Source: a virus
Taxonomy: Duplodnaviria > Caudoviricetes
IMG/VR virus record: IMGVR_UViG_3300035190_000963
Location: 1-61,359 of that record
Direction: 5' to 3' (one strand)
DNA: 61,359 nt
Shown here one piece after another: positions 35,920-46,561 of this stretch (its first letter is position 1; each line of letters opens with the position of its first letter). The position numbers and the translations under genes were made by a program. The notes below the pieces were generated by a model, which saw only the letters and a list, made by a program, of their open reading frames with translations, made no database searches and was not told the DNA's origin.

Positions 35920-36137
35920 TATTTTTTTAATTTAAAAAAGTTTAACATTTTATCGTTTTTCAATTTAGTATAATGATAAACCATAGTCAAATAATTTTGT
36001 TCTGTTAATTTATCTGACCATTTTTTTAAGAATAGATTAAAGTAATTTTCCGCAACACTAATTTGCGCATCAGTGTTACAAGAATTAAGAACTTTAACAA
36101 CCCTGTGGTAGTCAGTAACAAAAGTTTTATTTTTCAT
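35919..36137 (-). CDS. Hypothetical protein
   Basis: 72-aa ORF. Confidence 0.6.
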   Translation of the reverse strand: MKNKTFVTDYHRVVKVLNSCNTDAQISVAENYFNLFLKKWSDKLTEQNYLTMVYHYTKLKNDKMLNFFKLKK

Positions 36138-36172
36138 AATATTTAATTTTACACAAATATACGGATTATTTT

Positions 36173-36481
36173 TTAATCTAACAAAGCCAAACTTAAAAAT
36201 TTTTTTATTGTCCTTACTAAAGTAGGCATAGATACGTATGAAAACTCATCTTTTAACATATTTTTAAACTTTTCCGCTAAATACGATTTATTATCCTTTA
36301 AATAATATGTTTTATCATCAATAATTAGATATTTCATCTTTATTTTTGGTTCAAAATCTAACTCATGTGTTAATACAGGATAGTGTCTACGTAAATAATT
36401 AAAAACATTATCGTCCGTATTTTTGGAATATTTATCTAATATATCTCTTTTTTCCTGTTCAGAAATTGTAAATGATTTCAT
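36173..36481 (-). CDS. Hypothetical protein with FTISEQEK N-terminal motif
   Basis: 102 aa. Confidence 0.65.
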   Translation of the reverse strand: MKSFTISEQEKRDILDKYSKNTDDNVFNYLRRHYPVLTHELDFEPKIKMKYLIIDDKTYYLKDNKSYLAEKFKNMLKDEFSYVSMPTLVRTIKKFLSLALLD

Positions 36482-36501
36482 ATACTTAAATATATTTTTA
36501 A

Positions 36502-36774
36502 ATGAAAAAATGTCTATACGTTTTATTAAACACCACCTTCAAAAATGAGTTGGAATTATTATATGGTAAGGGTAGTATTGTTGAAATTACTGACATAATA
36601 TATTCGACAAATGCAAAACACCTATCGGTATCCTGTAAATTACTTTTTACCGATATTCAATTATTTGAGGAAACAAATACAGAAGGCGTTGAGTTTTTAA
36701 TCAAAGAATGTTGGAATTATTTAGGTATAGAACAGAGTAAAATATCCCTTACAATGTCTGTTGATATTATTTAA
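36502..36774 (+). CDS. Hypothetical protein
   Basis: 90 aa. Confidence 0.6.
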   Translation: MKKCLYVLLNTTFKNELELLYGKGSIVEITDIIYSTNAKHLSVSCKLLFTDIQLFEETNTEGVEFLIKECWNYLGIEQSKISLTMSVDII

Positions 36775-36821
36775 TATTTGATTATTAATTTTTTTTTCTT
36801 ATCTTTACAAAAAAAAACATT

Positions 36822-37247
36822 ATGAAAAAAGTTCAAAATGGTGACACCGTTACAGTCAATTACACCGGAAGATTAGAAGATGGAACAGTATTCGATTCTT
36901 CTTTAAACGAGGGTCGTACACCTCTAACAGCTAAACTTGGTGAAGGTAGACTTATCAAAGGTTTTGAAAATGGTTTATTCGAAATGACCATTGGTGAAAA
37001 GAAAACAGTTGAGATTGAACCATCTGAAGCATATGGAGAATACAATATCCTTATGATTAGTGAGGTTCCAAAATCTAATATTCCACCTGATATTAATGTT
37101 GGCGATACTTTACAAGGGATGGGTCCTAACGGCCCTGTAATCGTCAAAATTATGGAAATTAAGGAAGACACCGTATTAATTGATGCAAATCATCCTTTAT
37201 CGGGTAAGAAACTTATCTTCGATTTAGAAGTTGTTGGTGTTGAATAA
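36822..37247 (+). CDS. FKBP-type peptidyl-prolyl isomerase (SlyD/FkpB-like)
   Basis: VNYTGRLEDGTVFDSS; EAYG; DANHPLSGKKLIF. Confidence 0.92.
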   Translation: MKKVQNGDTVTVNYTGRLEDGTVFDSSLNEGRTPLTAKLGEGRLIKGFENGLFEMTIGEKKTVEIEPSEAYGEYNILMISEVPKSNIPPDINVGDTLQGMGPNGPVIVKIMEIKEDTVLIDANHPLSGKKLIFDLEVVGVE

Positions 37248-37300
37248 CACCAACAATTCTTATTTTTTTTACTTTTTACTAACAATTAAATTTTTATTTT

Positions 37301-37639
37301 ATGGAAAATCAAATGAATAATAGATTAGAAAAAATTAAATCTGGTTTTAAGAATATTTTGAAACATCTAACAATTTATTCTGTAATTATTTTATCATGCG
37401 TAACCTCTTTTTTTATAGGTTTCTATTATCGAAAAATGTTGATTGTTAAAAATGGCGAAACTCGAGAGGTTGTAAAAATATCTAAAAGTGATGTTACATT
37501 AGCCGTAGATGAATATAATAACCTTATGATAATTGATAGGGAATCAGGAAATTATACCATTTTTACGGACTCTGTTGGTAAATCAATATTTAACATTTAC
37601 GCTAAGAGTATGGTTGAGAAACACATCTCATCTAAATAA
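37301..37639 (+). CDS. Membrane-anchored hypothetical protein
   Basis: Single TM; upstream of the SLT gene. Confidence 0.65.
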   Translation: MENQMNNRLEKIKSGFKNILKHLTIYSVIILSCVTSFFIGFYYRKMLIVKNGETREVVKISKSDVTLAVDEYNNLMIIDRESGNYTIFTDSVGKSIFNIYAKSMVEKHISSK

Positions 37640-37661
37640 TAAATCCTTTAATAAATAATCT

Positions 37662-38210
37662 ATGAATATAAGAAATGTAGTTTTATTCGGAGCGTCATTA
37701 ATTAGTTGTTTGGTTTTATTTTGTGCTAACAAACTTAGTAACGATTACAAATCATTAGTTAATCAAAAAAAATCAGAGAATGAAATAAAAGGGCTTGAAC
37801 AACCAGTTTCTATCGAAATGTATGATAATTTGGAAAAATACTCTGATGAGTATGATATTCCAAAATATATTGCTTACAATATCGCTTATTTAGAAACAAC
37901 ATATCAAGGACCTTTTGATTGGGATTATAAACATAACAGAACTTCATCGGCAGGTGCTGTTGGTCCAATGCAAATTATGCCAACAACTGCTAATGGAATT
38001 TACAAGAAAAAAATCCCAACCTCAAAATTAAAAAACGATGTCGAGTTTAATGTTATTACAAGTATGAAATTATTGTCCAAACTTCACGATAAATATGAGA
38101 ATTGGGGTCTTGTTTGTGGTTATTATAACACAGGAAGACCAATTATTAATCAATATGCCGAGTTTTGCATATCAAATACTGATTATTATAAAAATTGGGT
38201 ATCTTACTAA
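37662..38210 (+). CDS. Lytic transglycosylase (SLT domain)
   Basis: LET catalytic Glu; SSAGAVGPMQIMP; YYNTG. Confidence 0.85.
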   Translation: MNIRNVVLFGASLISCLVLFCANKLSNDYKSLVNQKKSENEIKGLEQPVSIEMYDNLEKYSDEYDIPKYIAYNIAYLETTYQGPFDWDYKHNRTSSAGAVGPMQIMPTTANGIYKKKIPTSKLKNDVEFNVITSMKLLSKLHDKYENWGLVCGYYNTGRPIINQYAEFCISNTDYYKNWVSY

Positions 38211-38596
38211 TTATACATTCTTTCTTCTAAGTTCGGGAATTTTTTCTCGAACTTTTTTATTAAAACACCGGCAACACTATTTGCCATATCTTCATTCTTT
38301 CCACCAATATCAGGTCCTTTTTTCATTTTTAGATTCACTCTTTGATGTTCGTGAACCCATTCATGACTAAGTGTTCTTAAAATGTCACGATTCATTCTAT
38401 TTTTGGTCAAAACATTTATTACATGTTTATCCATTCTATTCCCTGTTGTCATATTACCAACCCTATTATTTACAAAATTGATTTTAATATCCTGAGTTAA
38501 AGGATATTCATCCTGTAAAAATTCAATAAAATCATGATAAAAACTATGGTCTTCATCATATACAGAATCTTTTTGATATCTAACGGTTACTTTCAT
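38207..38596 (-). CDS. Putative HExxH metallopeptidase
   Basis: RTLSHEWVH..EDMAN. Confidence 0.6.
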   Translation of the reverse strand: MKVTVRYQKDSVYDEDHSFYHDFIEFLQDEYPLTQDIKINFVNNRVGNMTTGNRMDKHVINVLTKNRMNRDILRTLSHEWVHEHQRVNLKMKKGPDIGGKNEDMANSVAGVLIKKFEKKFPNLEERMYN

Positions 38597-38621
38597 ATTG
38601 ATAAATATCTTAGGATACTAA

Positions 38622-38921
38622 TTACTGTAAATTAGAAAGTAAGAATGCCAACTTATATCCTACAAATGCACCTAAAGCGGCTGCGGAAGGGAATATCATG
38701 TATTTACCGACTTTTGTTTGATATTTTTCTCGATTAATAACAATACTCACAAACATATAGTATATTAGAAAATTTATTAAAATCGCAACATCATACTTTA
38801 AAATAATAAATACTGTTACGGTGTTTGCTATAAAACCATATAAAAAATTAACTAAAGTCTCAATAATTAATTCTCGTGCTGATGTTTCAGCATCCAAAAA
38901 TTGAAATTTTCTATCTATCAT
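38622..38921 (-). CDS. Membrane protein
   Basis: Three hydrophobic segments. Confidence 0.65.
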   Translation of the reverse strand: MIDRKFQFLDAETSARELIIETLVNFLYGFIANTVTVFIILKYDVAILINFLIYYMFVSIVINREKYQTKVGKYMIFPSAAALGAFVGYKLAFLLSNLQ

Positions 38922-39065
38922 TTTTTAATGCTTATGTAGATATCACCGTACCAACCAAATATCTCATCGTTAAACTCTTTATTTGGTTTGAATTTATTCA
39001 TGTCGATATATGTTTCCTCAAAAAAAGATTCATTTGGGAATCTAACTAACATTTTTTTCATATCT

Positions 39066-40160
39066 TTAATTTGATAAGGGGAATTTTATACTAGGGTGTG
39101 ATTTATAATCTTTAATTTGAAAATCTACAATATCTAAATGAGATAACAGAGACAAATTTTCAGATAATGATTTATAAAAATCATCTGTCTTCATGTGAAT
39201 TAATTTAGGTAGTTCGTATGGTTTTCTTGTTAATTGTTCTTTAATACCATCAATCTGGTTTAAGTAGATATGACAATCACCCATATTAGTAATCAATTCA
39301 TCAGGAGCCATGTTAACCATCTTTGCGATTATATCTAATAGTAAAGCATAAGACGCTATATTAAATGGTGTTCCCAACGGAACATCTTGACTTCTGGCAT
39401 TATACATTAAAGAGATTGCTCTGGTTGGGATGTTATATTCTTTGTAGTACTCTTCTATTTGTTCTTTATTAGTGGAACCTTTTATTGTTGGTGTTTTTAA
39501 TCGGTTACTAGTAGTAACATATAATTCCCATCTTTCTTGTTCACTCAACTCTCTTGTATACACTTGAAATCCATAATGACAAGGCGGTAAAACGCAACTA
39601 TCAACTTCTGATGGGTTCCAAGCTGTGACAATCATTCTCCTATCATCAGGATTGGTTTTTAACTTGTTAATTAGGTTTGCAATTTGGTCTGTCCCAATAA
39701 AGTACTCGTTATCGATTGAATCGTACCTTCTTTCACCCCACTTGCGCCATTGATGTCCATATATCTTTCCGAGTGCCCCCCATTTCTTAGCAAACTCATC
39801 ATCTGTTTTTATACGGTTAATGAATTCTTCTTTTGATAGTGGTATTGGCGCACCGCCTGGAGAGTAAGATTTCCACCATTTTTCATAGTTCTTATAAGCG
39901 TCCCCATCCCAAATATGACAACCATTATCAACAAGGAATTTAATATTTGTATCACCACGAAGGAACCAAAGTAACTCAGTTACCATTGTTTTAAACGCCA
40001 TTTTTTTGGTGGTAAGAAGTGGAAAGCCATCTTTCATAGAATGTCTTATTTGTCTACCGAATACAGATATGGTACCACCATTTCTTGTTTCTTTTTTAGT
40101 ACCCTTATCAAGAATGTCTTGACATAGTGCTAAATAATCTTTATCGAGTTTGTTAGTCAT
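39066..40160 (-). CDS. thyA: Thymidylate synthase
   Basis: FPLLTTKK, ELLWF, LPPCH, RSQD..LGTPFNIASY, GDCHIY. Confidence 0.96.
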   Translation of the reverse strand: MTNKLDKDYLALCQDILDKGTKKETRNGGTISVFGRQIRHSMKDGFPLLTTKKMAFKTMVTELLWFLRGDTNIKFLVDNGCHIWDGDAYKNYEKWWKSYSPGGAPIPLSKEEFINRIKTDDEFAKKWGALGKIYGHQWRKWGERRYDSIDNEYFIGTDQIANLINKLKTNPDDRRMIVTAWNPSEVDSCVLPPCHYGFQVYTRELSEQERWELYVTTSNRLKTPTIKGSTNKEQIEEYYKEYNIPTRAISLMYNARSQDVPLGTPFNIASYALLLDIIAKMVNMAPDELITNMGDCHIYLNQIDGIKEQLTRKPYELPKLIHMKTDDFYKSLSENLSLLSHLDIVDFQIKDYKSHPSIKFPLSN

Positions 40161-40416
40161 TTGTAATTATTTTTTCTAAGGTAATCGGTTTTTCAGATAC
40201 AATTATATTCTTTTTAATTCCGTCAAATACTTCAATATCATCATAAGGACCAATAATATAAACCATTTCGGTTTTATCTTTATTTAATTCAACTGTCAAT
40301 GTTTGGTCAGGATGATATCTATCGTAGTATATTTTAACACCATCAACTTCTCCAAGATTAACGATTCCGTCCCAATCTTTATAGGGGTACACAAGGTCTT
40401 TATTTTCCATTTTCAT
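40153..40416 (-). CDS. Hypothetical protein
   Basis: 87 aa. Confidence 0.6.
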   Translation of the reverse strand: MKMENKDLVYPYKDWDGIVNLGEVDGVKIYYDRYHPDQTLTVELNKDKTEMVYIIGPYDDIEVFDGIKKNIIVSEKPITLEKIITND

Positions 40417-40706
40417 CAGTTACTATTAATATTATTAATTATCTTCTTATCTTTTCTTTTTTTATATTCTACTGTACCAGCGGTTCCAATAAATGAGCCG
40501 ATTATGGCGGCAACAATTAGAGTTTTATCTTCAATATAAGAAGTCACCGTAAATGCACCGAATATGTAAATCAAACATGCCCATATACCTGCAGAAATTG
40601 ATTTTCTTTCGGCAATTTTAATAAAGTAATAAGTCCAACAAATATCAGCTAACGTCATAGCAACCATAACGCCAAGGAACTTAGTAATGTAATTATAGTC
40701 TATCAT
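40416..40706 (-). CDS. Small membrane protein
   Basis: Three TMs; GSFIGT. Confidence 0.65.
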   Translation of the reverse strand: MIDYNYITKFLGVMVAMTLADICWTYYFIKIAERKSISAGIWACLIYIFGAFTVTSYIEDKTLIVAAIIGSFIGTAGTVEYKKRKDKKIINNINSN

Positions 40707-40787
40707 AGTTATTTATGTTAAATTGTCTATCATACATTTCTATATATTTTATCGTATGTTTCATGTAAAATATTATCTATTAGTTCT

Positions 40788-41123
40788 TTATTCATATATT
40801 TCTATTGTTTCGTTATATGTTATTGTTATTAGTTTGGTTGGTGTTGGTGTATAATACTGGTTATCAAAGTTTGGAATATTGTTTGAGTGAAAGTATCTTT
40901 CCATACCTGTTTCATAATTATTATTAAACCATAGATGGTATCTCTCTTCCAAACTCAATTCTCGTTCTTCAATCTTTAACCCCCATTTTTCAGAGAACTC
41001 TGGATTGGTTTTAATTTCATGAATAAAAAGTTCTTTTATTGGAACATCTTCATATCCAATATACTTGTCGGTGTATTTTTTATACACCTCATCAATAATC
41101 TGATTCATTTTTTCGTTATTCAT
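40788..41123 (-). CDS. Hypothetical protein
   Basis: 111 aa. Confidence 0.65.
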   Translation of the reverse strand: MNNEKMNQIIDEVYKKYTDKYIGYEDVPIKELFIHEIKTNPEFSEKWGLKIEERELSLEERYHLWFNNNYETGMERYFHSNNIPNFDNQYYTPTPTKLITITYNETIEIYE

Positions 41124-41127
41124 AATA

Positions 41128-41502
41128 TTAATTTAATTCCCAATAAGGTCCTAATATAAATTTTGTGTTTTTATCCCAATCACTAGTCAACTCTTCTTTG
41201 TGTTTTTCATTAAATTCGGAAATGTTCTTATTAGTACCCCATAAAGATGGTTGGTCATAATGATTCAATTTCGCAATACGAATCATTTCATTATAATGGT
41301 CTTCTATGATGTAACCTTTTAATGGAGTTATTCTCATCAAACAAGTTGTTAATTTAAGTTTTCTACCATCATATAAACAATAATAGTAATCATGTTCATC
41401 CTCAACAATTCCTATTAGACGAAACGATTCACAATCAACAAGAACATATTGTCCTTTTAGATTTTCAAACTCATTAGTTATTAATGTTAAATTATCTGTC
41501 AT
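41128..41502 (-). CDS. Hypothetical protein
   Basis: 124 aa. Confidence 0.65.
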   Translation of the reverse strand: MTDNLTLITNEFENLKGQYVLVDCESFRLIGIVEDEHDYYYCLYDGRKLKLTTCLMRITPLKGYIIEDHYNEMIRIAKLNHYDQPSLWGTNKNISEFNEKHKEELTSDWDKNTKFILGPYWELN

Positions 41503-41511
41503 GTATTATTA

Positions 41512-42039
41512 TTAATGTGTCCCGTTTGTTAAACTAATTCCATGTCTAATTCCTGAAATAAAAATACTAATTTCATTTTCAGTCATATTCTCAACCCCTT
41601 TACCAACAGAAATTCCAATTTCATTTCCCAAATCGGATATATCACCATTATCATATTGAACATTTTGTAATTGTTCACTCACCTTCCAAAGAATACTTTG
41701 GAAACTTATATTTCTGTCAGAATGTTCATACGCCCCATCAGGACCTATTTGAAAATCATCTGAAATAATAGGTTCACATTCATCAACCTTTATTTTTGCA
41801 AAACCTGATAATAAAAATTTTGTATTTTTATTATTCGGTAAATACTCAAACTCAACCTCCATACCTTCACATTTATTTTTCCAATCATCACTTAACTCCG
41901 CAAACATATATAAGCTTTGTTGTTCAGAGATAACCGGTAATTTAATTGAAATAAATTCCATGTATGAACTATATTGGTCGTCTATATATTCAAATTTGAC
42001 AACCCAACCATCTTTTGTATTATGTAATTTTCCTTTCAT
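41512..42039 (-). CDS. Hypothetical protein
   Basis: 175 aa. Confidence 0.65.
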   Translation of the reverse strand: MKGKLHNTKDGWVVKFEYIDDQYSSYMEFISIKLPVISEQQSLYMFAELSDDWKNKCEGMEVEFEYLPNNKNTKFLLSGFAKIKVDECEPIISDDFQIGPDGAYEHSDRNISFQSILWKVSEQLQNVQYDNGDISDLGNEIGISVGKGVENMTENEISIFISGIRHGISLTNGTH

Positions 42040-42264
42040 GTTTAATAAAAAAAACCTTTATCTATTAAGATGATAAAGGTTTAGTTGTTAAGATTAAAAT
42101 CGATAATTCTAATAATAGTGAATTTTGATTAACCATTTATCTATTTTTATAAAGAATTAAAAAAAAATGGTGGGAGAACAACTTAGGAGACTAAACCAAT
42201 TCTGTCCTCCACACCTTAACATCTTTTCTGATTACTACATCAGAGTTAATAGATGTTCTTGTGA

Positions 42265-42447
42265 TTAGGCTTCTGCCTGCTCAGACTTCCAAGTTCTACG
42301 AAGAGAACGAGCCTCGTTTAATGTGGTCACATAAGCATCATTACGATTTCCTCCTACTGATACACGAACACGATAACGATTACCGCTTTTGTAAATGTTG
42401 CTACCGTAAGTCGCCTTGTAGCTGCCGTTGTTTTGGTTTCTAGCCAT
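42265..42447 (-). CDS. Small basic protein, AP2-like DNA-binding fold suspected
   Basis: NIYKSGNRYRVRV..TLNEAR. Confidence 0.55.
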   Translation of the reverse strand: MARNQNNGSYKATYGSNIYKSGNRYRVRVSVGGNRNDAYVTTLNEARSLRRTWKSEQAEA

Positions 42448-42516
42448 TTTGTTTTGATTTAAAGTGATTAATTAATTATGATACAAGTATAAGGGTTTTT
42501 TTCGTGAAGTCAAATT

Positions 42517-42762
42517 TTATTTACGATAAATTTTGTCGTAAGTCTCATCCCACATTTTATCTATTTGTTCTTTGTACTTCTCATCCTCACCAACCAATTC
42601 TATTATATGTTTATACATTTGATAACCAAATCTCAAATCTTTAAGATATGTTTTACAATAATGACCATCAGGACTCTGTTCACAAAACATAGGTGAACAA
42701 CAACCTTCTTCACCACAACCATCACATACAGGGCAATAAGGTGATTCAATTTCTTCCGTCAT
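42517..42762 (-). CDS. Cys-rich hypothetical protein
   Basis: CPVCDGCGEEGCC. Confidence 0.65.
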   Translation of the reverse strand: MTEEIESPYCPVCDGCGEEGCCSPMFCEQSPDGHYCKTYLKDLRFGYQMYKHIIELVGEDEKYKEQIDKMWDETYDKIYRK

Positions 42763-43016
42763 ATTTTATAAATGTTAAATTCTTTTCCTGTAAATTTACA
42801 AACTTCATCGGTTATATTATTAGTCTCATCCGATGACAAATCTTCGGGTTCGATTTCTTTATTAGTTTCAATAGTAACAAAAATACTTGGTTCACATTTT
42901 ATAAACTCACCCTCCTTATCCATATCAAATCTTTCATGAACCTCATATTCCTTGACACTAAATTTTGTTTTAGGATACAAAGATAATAAAACTTTCTCAA
43001 AAATTTCTCTCCTCAT
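42759..43016 (-). CDS. Hypothetical protein
   Basis: 85 aa. Confidence 0.6.
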   Translation of the reverse strand: MRREIFEKVLLSLYPKTKFSVKEYEVHERFDMDKEGEFIKCEPSIFVTIETNKEIEPEDLSSDETNNITDEVCKFTGKEFNIYKI

Positions 43017-43260
43017 TATATTTTTTTGTTAAAAAAGTTATCGTATCTCCTTTAATATATTTGTTACCTTGTTTTGTAGTTATATTAACCCCACAATCAG
43101 TTCTTATTTCCCATGTTAAATCCGGTTCAATTGTTGAATGTTGTCCTTTGTATACAATAGTATCAACAACACATTTTTTCGTAATTAACTCAAAATCAGT
43201 CGTTTTTTGATTACAACTAGTCATTATTACGGGTAAAATTATAAAAATTAGTTTTTTCAT
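42997..43260 (-). CDS. Putative lipoprotein
   Basis: MKKLIFIILPVIMTSC lipobox; TATCTTTG upstream. Confidence 0.6.
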   Translation of the reverse strand: MKKLIFIILPVIMTSCNQKTTDFELITKKCVVDTIVYKGQHSTIEPDLTWEIRTDCGVNITTKQGNKYIKGDTITFLTKKYNEERNF

Positions 43261-43310
43261 AATCACAAAGATATAAAAAATAATTGTTAAAAACAAGGTA
43301 TTTATCAATT

Positions 43311-44498
43311 ATGAGAGATTTAATTAAAAAAGTATTAAGAGAAGCTGTCGGTGTTCCGTCAGGAATATATGAGACAACAATTGAACTTTATAAGAAAATT
43401 AATAAATCTATTAAAACATTAGAAGAACCATTGTTTCCTGAAGGAGAGAAGGATGTTGAGTTTAAATACACTTACGATATGAATTTTAAAATCTCTGATT
43501 ATGAAATTGATAAAATTAATACCACGGTAAGATTTATCAAACATGAGTCTGTTGATGTAATTACACTTGTCAGTATGTCTTATCATCACAAATCAAGTAT
43601 TGAAGATTCGAAAGTTAAAACAATTATTGAGGATGGTGAAGTATCAATAAGTATCACTATTGCCATCCCATTAAACACTGAAATTAATGATATTATTTCT
43701 TTTTTTAATCAAAATAAAACCGAAATTGTATCTTCACTATCTCACGAGTTAATGCACTCATATGATGATTTTAAATCTAAAGAAAAGTCATTATATCCTT
43801 TTACAAAATATGTAGGGTTTCAAAAAGTCACATTTAAAGTTAAACCTGTTGATAGATTTTTATTTTTAATATATTTTGTACATGGTATTGAGAATGTAGT
43901 TAGACCATCTGAATTATTTACGAACATGAAAGAAAACAGTATATCTTCAGAAGAATTTTACAATTTCATAACATCAACAAAAACATGGAATTATCTAAAA
44001 GAAGCACAAAATTGGAGTTTTTCTGAATTCAAAGACGATTTGAAGAACAACATACCAGATATTATTAGAGTTCTTGATATCGCAGGTGCGGTAGTCCCAC
44101 ATAATGAAGATGATATGATTAATTATTTTTTAAGAATTATATATATTAATTTGATAAATTCTCAATTAGACACAACCAAAGAGATGTTAACCACCAATTT
44201 TTTTGAAGCATTCATGGGTTTATCAGGAGATAAAGAAGAATTATTCAAAAAAATAATAAAAAAAGCATCTAAATTTGAAAATAACGTAGAAAATTTCTAT
44301 CTTTACGAAGAAAAAAATTTTAAAACAGTGTCAAGAGAAGTTATGAAAAAGATAAGTAAACTATACAGTTTAACAAATAAAACTGAAAAAACATCTATTT
44401 TGGATTGGGATTTACATCATGAGATTAATAAAACTTATGAGAAAATAGATAAGGACTATAAATATAAAAAAAACAAATCCAAAAATGGAAATTTATAA
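43311..44498 (+). CDS. Hypothetical protein with HExxH motif (start MRDLIKKVLRE)
   Basis: SHELMH; TATTTAT upstream. Confidence 0.7.
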   Translation: MRDLIKKVLREAVGVPSGIYETTIELYKKINKSIKTLEEPLFPEGEKDVEFKYTYDMNFKISDYEIDKINTTVRFIKHESVDVITLVSMSYHHKSSIEDSKVKTIIEDGEVSISITIAIPLNTEINDIISFFNQNKTEIVSSLSHELMHSYDDFKSKEKSLYPFTKYVGFQKVTFKVKPVDRFLFLIYFVHGIENVVRPSELFTNMKENSISSEEFYNFITSTKTWNYLKEAQNWSFSEFKDDLKNNIPDIIRVLDIAGAVVPHNEDDMINYFLRIIYINLINSQLDTTKEMLTTNFFEAFMGLSGDKEELFKKIIKKASKFENNVENFYLYEEKNFKTVSREVMKKISKLYSLTNKTEKTSILDWDLHHEINKTYEKIDKDYKYKKNKSKNGNL

Positions 44499-45267
44499 AT
44501 TAGCACAACTATCATTAAAAATAGGTGGAACTTTTAAAAATAGAAGACCAGGATTCTTTTATCAAGAATTCAAATCAAATTTGTTTTTTAAACAGATGTA
44601 TGAAAATATGACATCCGATGAAATTGTCTTATTCTGTTTTCTTTGTTCTCAAGTGTCGACAGGATTAAACCCCAAAGAAATTGGTCAACTTATTGAAGAT
44701 ATAAAAAATAATTTATTTTGTTTTTCCGTTATTGAAGTAACCAGTGAAGAACCAGTTGAAACATGTGGTAATTGTGGTGGTGATGGTGAAGTGACATGTG
44801 GTGAATGTGGTGGTGGTGGTGAAATTGAATGTGATTATTGTAATGGTAGTGGTAATGTTGAGGATGATGAAGGTAATGATATTACATGTAGTAATTGTGG
44901 TGGTGATGGTAAGTTACAATGTGATGAATGTCAAAATGGACATATTGAATGCGATAGTTGTGATGGTTATGGTGAGGTAGAAAAAAGTGGTTACATATCA
45001 ATTAGCGTTGAAGAATTTATAAGTTATGATTCTGAAATTTTTAACAAAATTGAATTGTTAAATGAATTTGATAAGATAGATAATGAAACAATTAATCTAT
45101 TCTACGATACTGAAACAACATTTATATCGAATAGATATCATACTGATACAGATACTTTACCATCTAATGTATATAGTGGGAATTATTATTTTGGAGAGTT
45201 AGAAAAAGAAAACTATAGAACATGGAAAAAATCAACAAGTATTGATACTCTCCTATCAACATACTAA
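44485..45267 (+). CDS. DnaJ-type CxxCxGxG zinc-finger repeat protein (no J domain)
   Basis: Six CxxC(xGxG) repeats. Confidence 0.75.
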   Translation: MEIYKLAQLSLKIGGTFKNRRPGFFYQEFKSNLFFKQMYENMTSDEIVLFCFLCSQVSTGLNPKEIGQLIEDIKNNLFCFSVIEVTSEEPVETCGNCGGDGEVTCGECGGGGEIECDYCNGSGNVEDDEGNDITCSNCGGDGKLQCDECQNGHIECDSCDGYGEVEKSGYISISVEEFISYDSEIFNKIELLNEFDKIDNETINLFYDTETTFISNRYHTDTDTLPSNVYSGNYYFGELEKENYRTWKKSTSIDTLLSTY

Positions 45268-45881
45268 CCTTGTCTTTTACCACCAAAGAACACATTACTT
45301 AAAAATTGTTTAACGATTTCAGATTCAAAACCTGATGGTGTAGAACTTGATGATGAACTTGTACTACCTGATACGTCAAAATAACCTGAAGAATTCACTT
45401 CAGGAGAACCTTTAGTGTAAGAAATATGGAAATGTCCTCCCGTAGAACCCTTACTAGGATTTTTATATTCATCAATAAAGCTAAAACCAGGATATTTTGT
45501 TTTAAAAACGTTAAGTAAATCAATAAATTTACCATGACAGGATGATTCCATAGTTACATCAACCGCCATTCCTTGGTTATGTCTACTTTTTCTATTCTTA
45601 TGAAATTTATCGTTACCTGATGTAAATGTTCCTTTGCATCCAGGTCCCGGAACATATGTCTGTGCAGAATAAACTAATTCATTAATAATTGTTGATAATT
45701 CACTTGTAATGTCACCACCGCTAGATAATTCATCATTTTTTTCTTTCCATCCTAAATCATTAATTGCATAATTTCTAATATCAGAAGCTCTCTCATTAAT
45801 AAATCTTTCTTCTAATTTTAAATTAGATTCATTAATGTATCTTTTTTTTGTATAACTTCTGTTCATAATAATAAATATCAC
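45264..45881 (-). CDS. Putative M15-family Zn peptidase (cell-wall hydrolase)
   Basis: TSG..SRH..GMAVD..HFHISY. Confidence 0.6.
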   Translation of the reverse strand: MIFIIMNRSYTKKRYINESNLKLEERFINERASDIRNYAINDLGWKEKNDELSSGGDITSELSTIINELVYSAQTYVPGPGCKGTFTSGNDKFHKNRKSRHNQGMAVDVTMESSCHGKFIDLLNVFKTKYPGFSFIDEYKNPSKGSTGGHFHISYTKGSPEVNSSGYFDVSGSTSSSSSSTPSGFESEIVKQFLSNVFFGGKRQG

Positions 45882-46381
45882 ATCAAACGATAATCCAAAT
45901 ATTCATCGACTTGTAAACCAATCGTATTAATAATTACTTGACCTGTTGATATAGAATACTCGTATTTGATTAAAAATTCATCAGGTAATTTTTCATACAA
46001 ACTCATAAGAGTTGTTTTAAATTTTTTGGTGTTTTCAAAACCTTTATTACGAAAAATTTCACTTTCTTCCTTATTAAATTCGTCTAAGTCAAAAAAGACG
46101 TATGGAGCAGGTGATTTTAAATAAATAGAACTATTATCATAATTTTTCTCATAATAGTCTCTAAACCTATATCCATTAACTTCACCATATTCTTTCCAAT
46201 TCACAAATATATCGATATATAAAGTTGTTGGCCATTTATCATATTCTTCATCAAATTTCCAACCTTTTACATATGGATATTTCTTAGCCATTGATTTTAC
46301 TACTAAATCAATACCTCTAATTTGTTTTGGAGTGAAATTATTATCTCTTATAGCATCCATGAAATGAATATTATTGGTCAA
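45878..46381 (-). CDS. Hypothetical protein
   Basis: 167 aa. Confidence 0.6.
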   Translation of the reverse strand: MTNNIHFMDAIRDNNFTPKQIRGIDLVVKSMAKKYPYVKGWKFDEEYDKWPTTLYIDIFVNWKEYGEVNGYRFRDYYEKNYDNSSIYLKSPAPYVFFDLDEFNKEESEIFRNKGFENTKKFKTTLMSLYEKLPDEFLIKYEYSISTGQVIINTIGLQVDEYLDYRLM

Positions 46382-46561
46382 ACAATTAATTATTTGACAA
46401 AATTATAAAGATTACCCTTTTAAAGTTGTTGTCTTAGTAGTCACCTGTGATTGTGCTAATTTTTTAGATTCAACAAGTTTTTTTATAGTATCTAAAATAC
46501 TATGATTGATTTTAAAATTTTTAAATTTCATAAATTTCTTTTTAATATAAATATCTCAAAA

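Noticed and set aside
29840-37171. Antisense ORFs within dnaK, the response regulator, the endolysin and the FKBP gene
   Set aside because: Opposite-strand shadows of well-supported genes
44760-44980. GGT/TGT-rich low-complexity DNA and the alternative Val/Met ORF 44798-44980
   Set aside because: Explained by the CxxCxGxG codons of the 44485-45267 gene
46198-46210. 13-nt match (AATTCACAAATAT) to the putative TnpB guide at 49403-49415
   Set aside because: Short and AT-rich, misses the first two guide bases and has no matching TTTAT-type motif in front; compatible with chance
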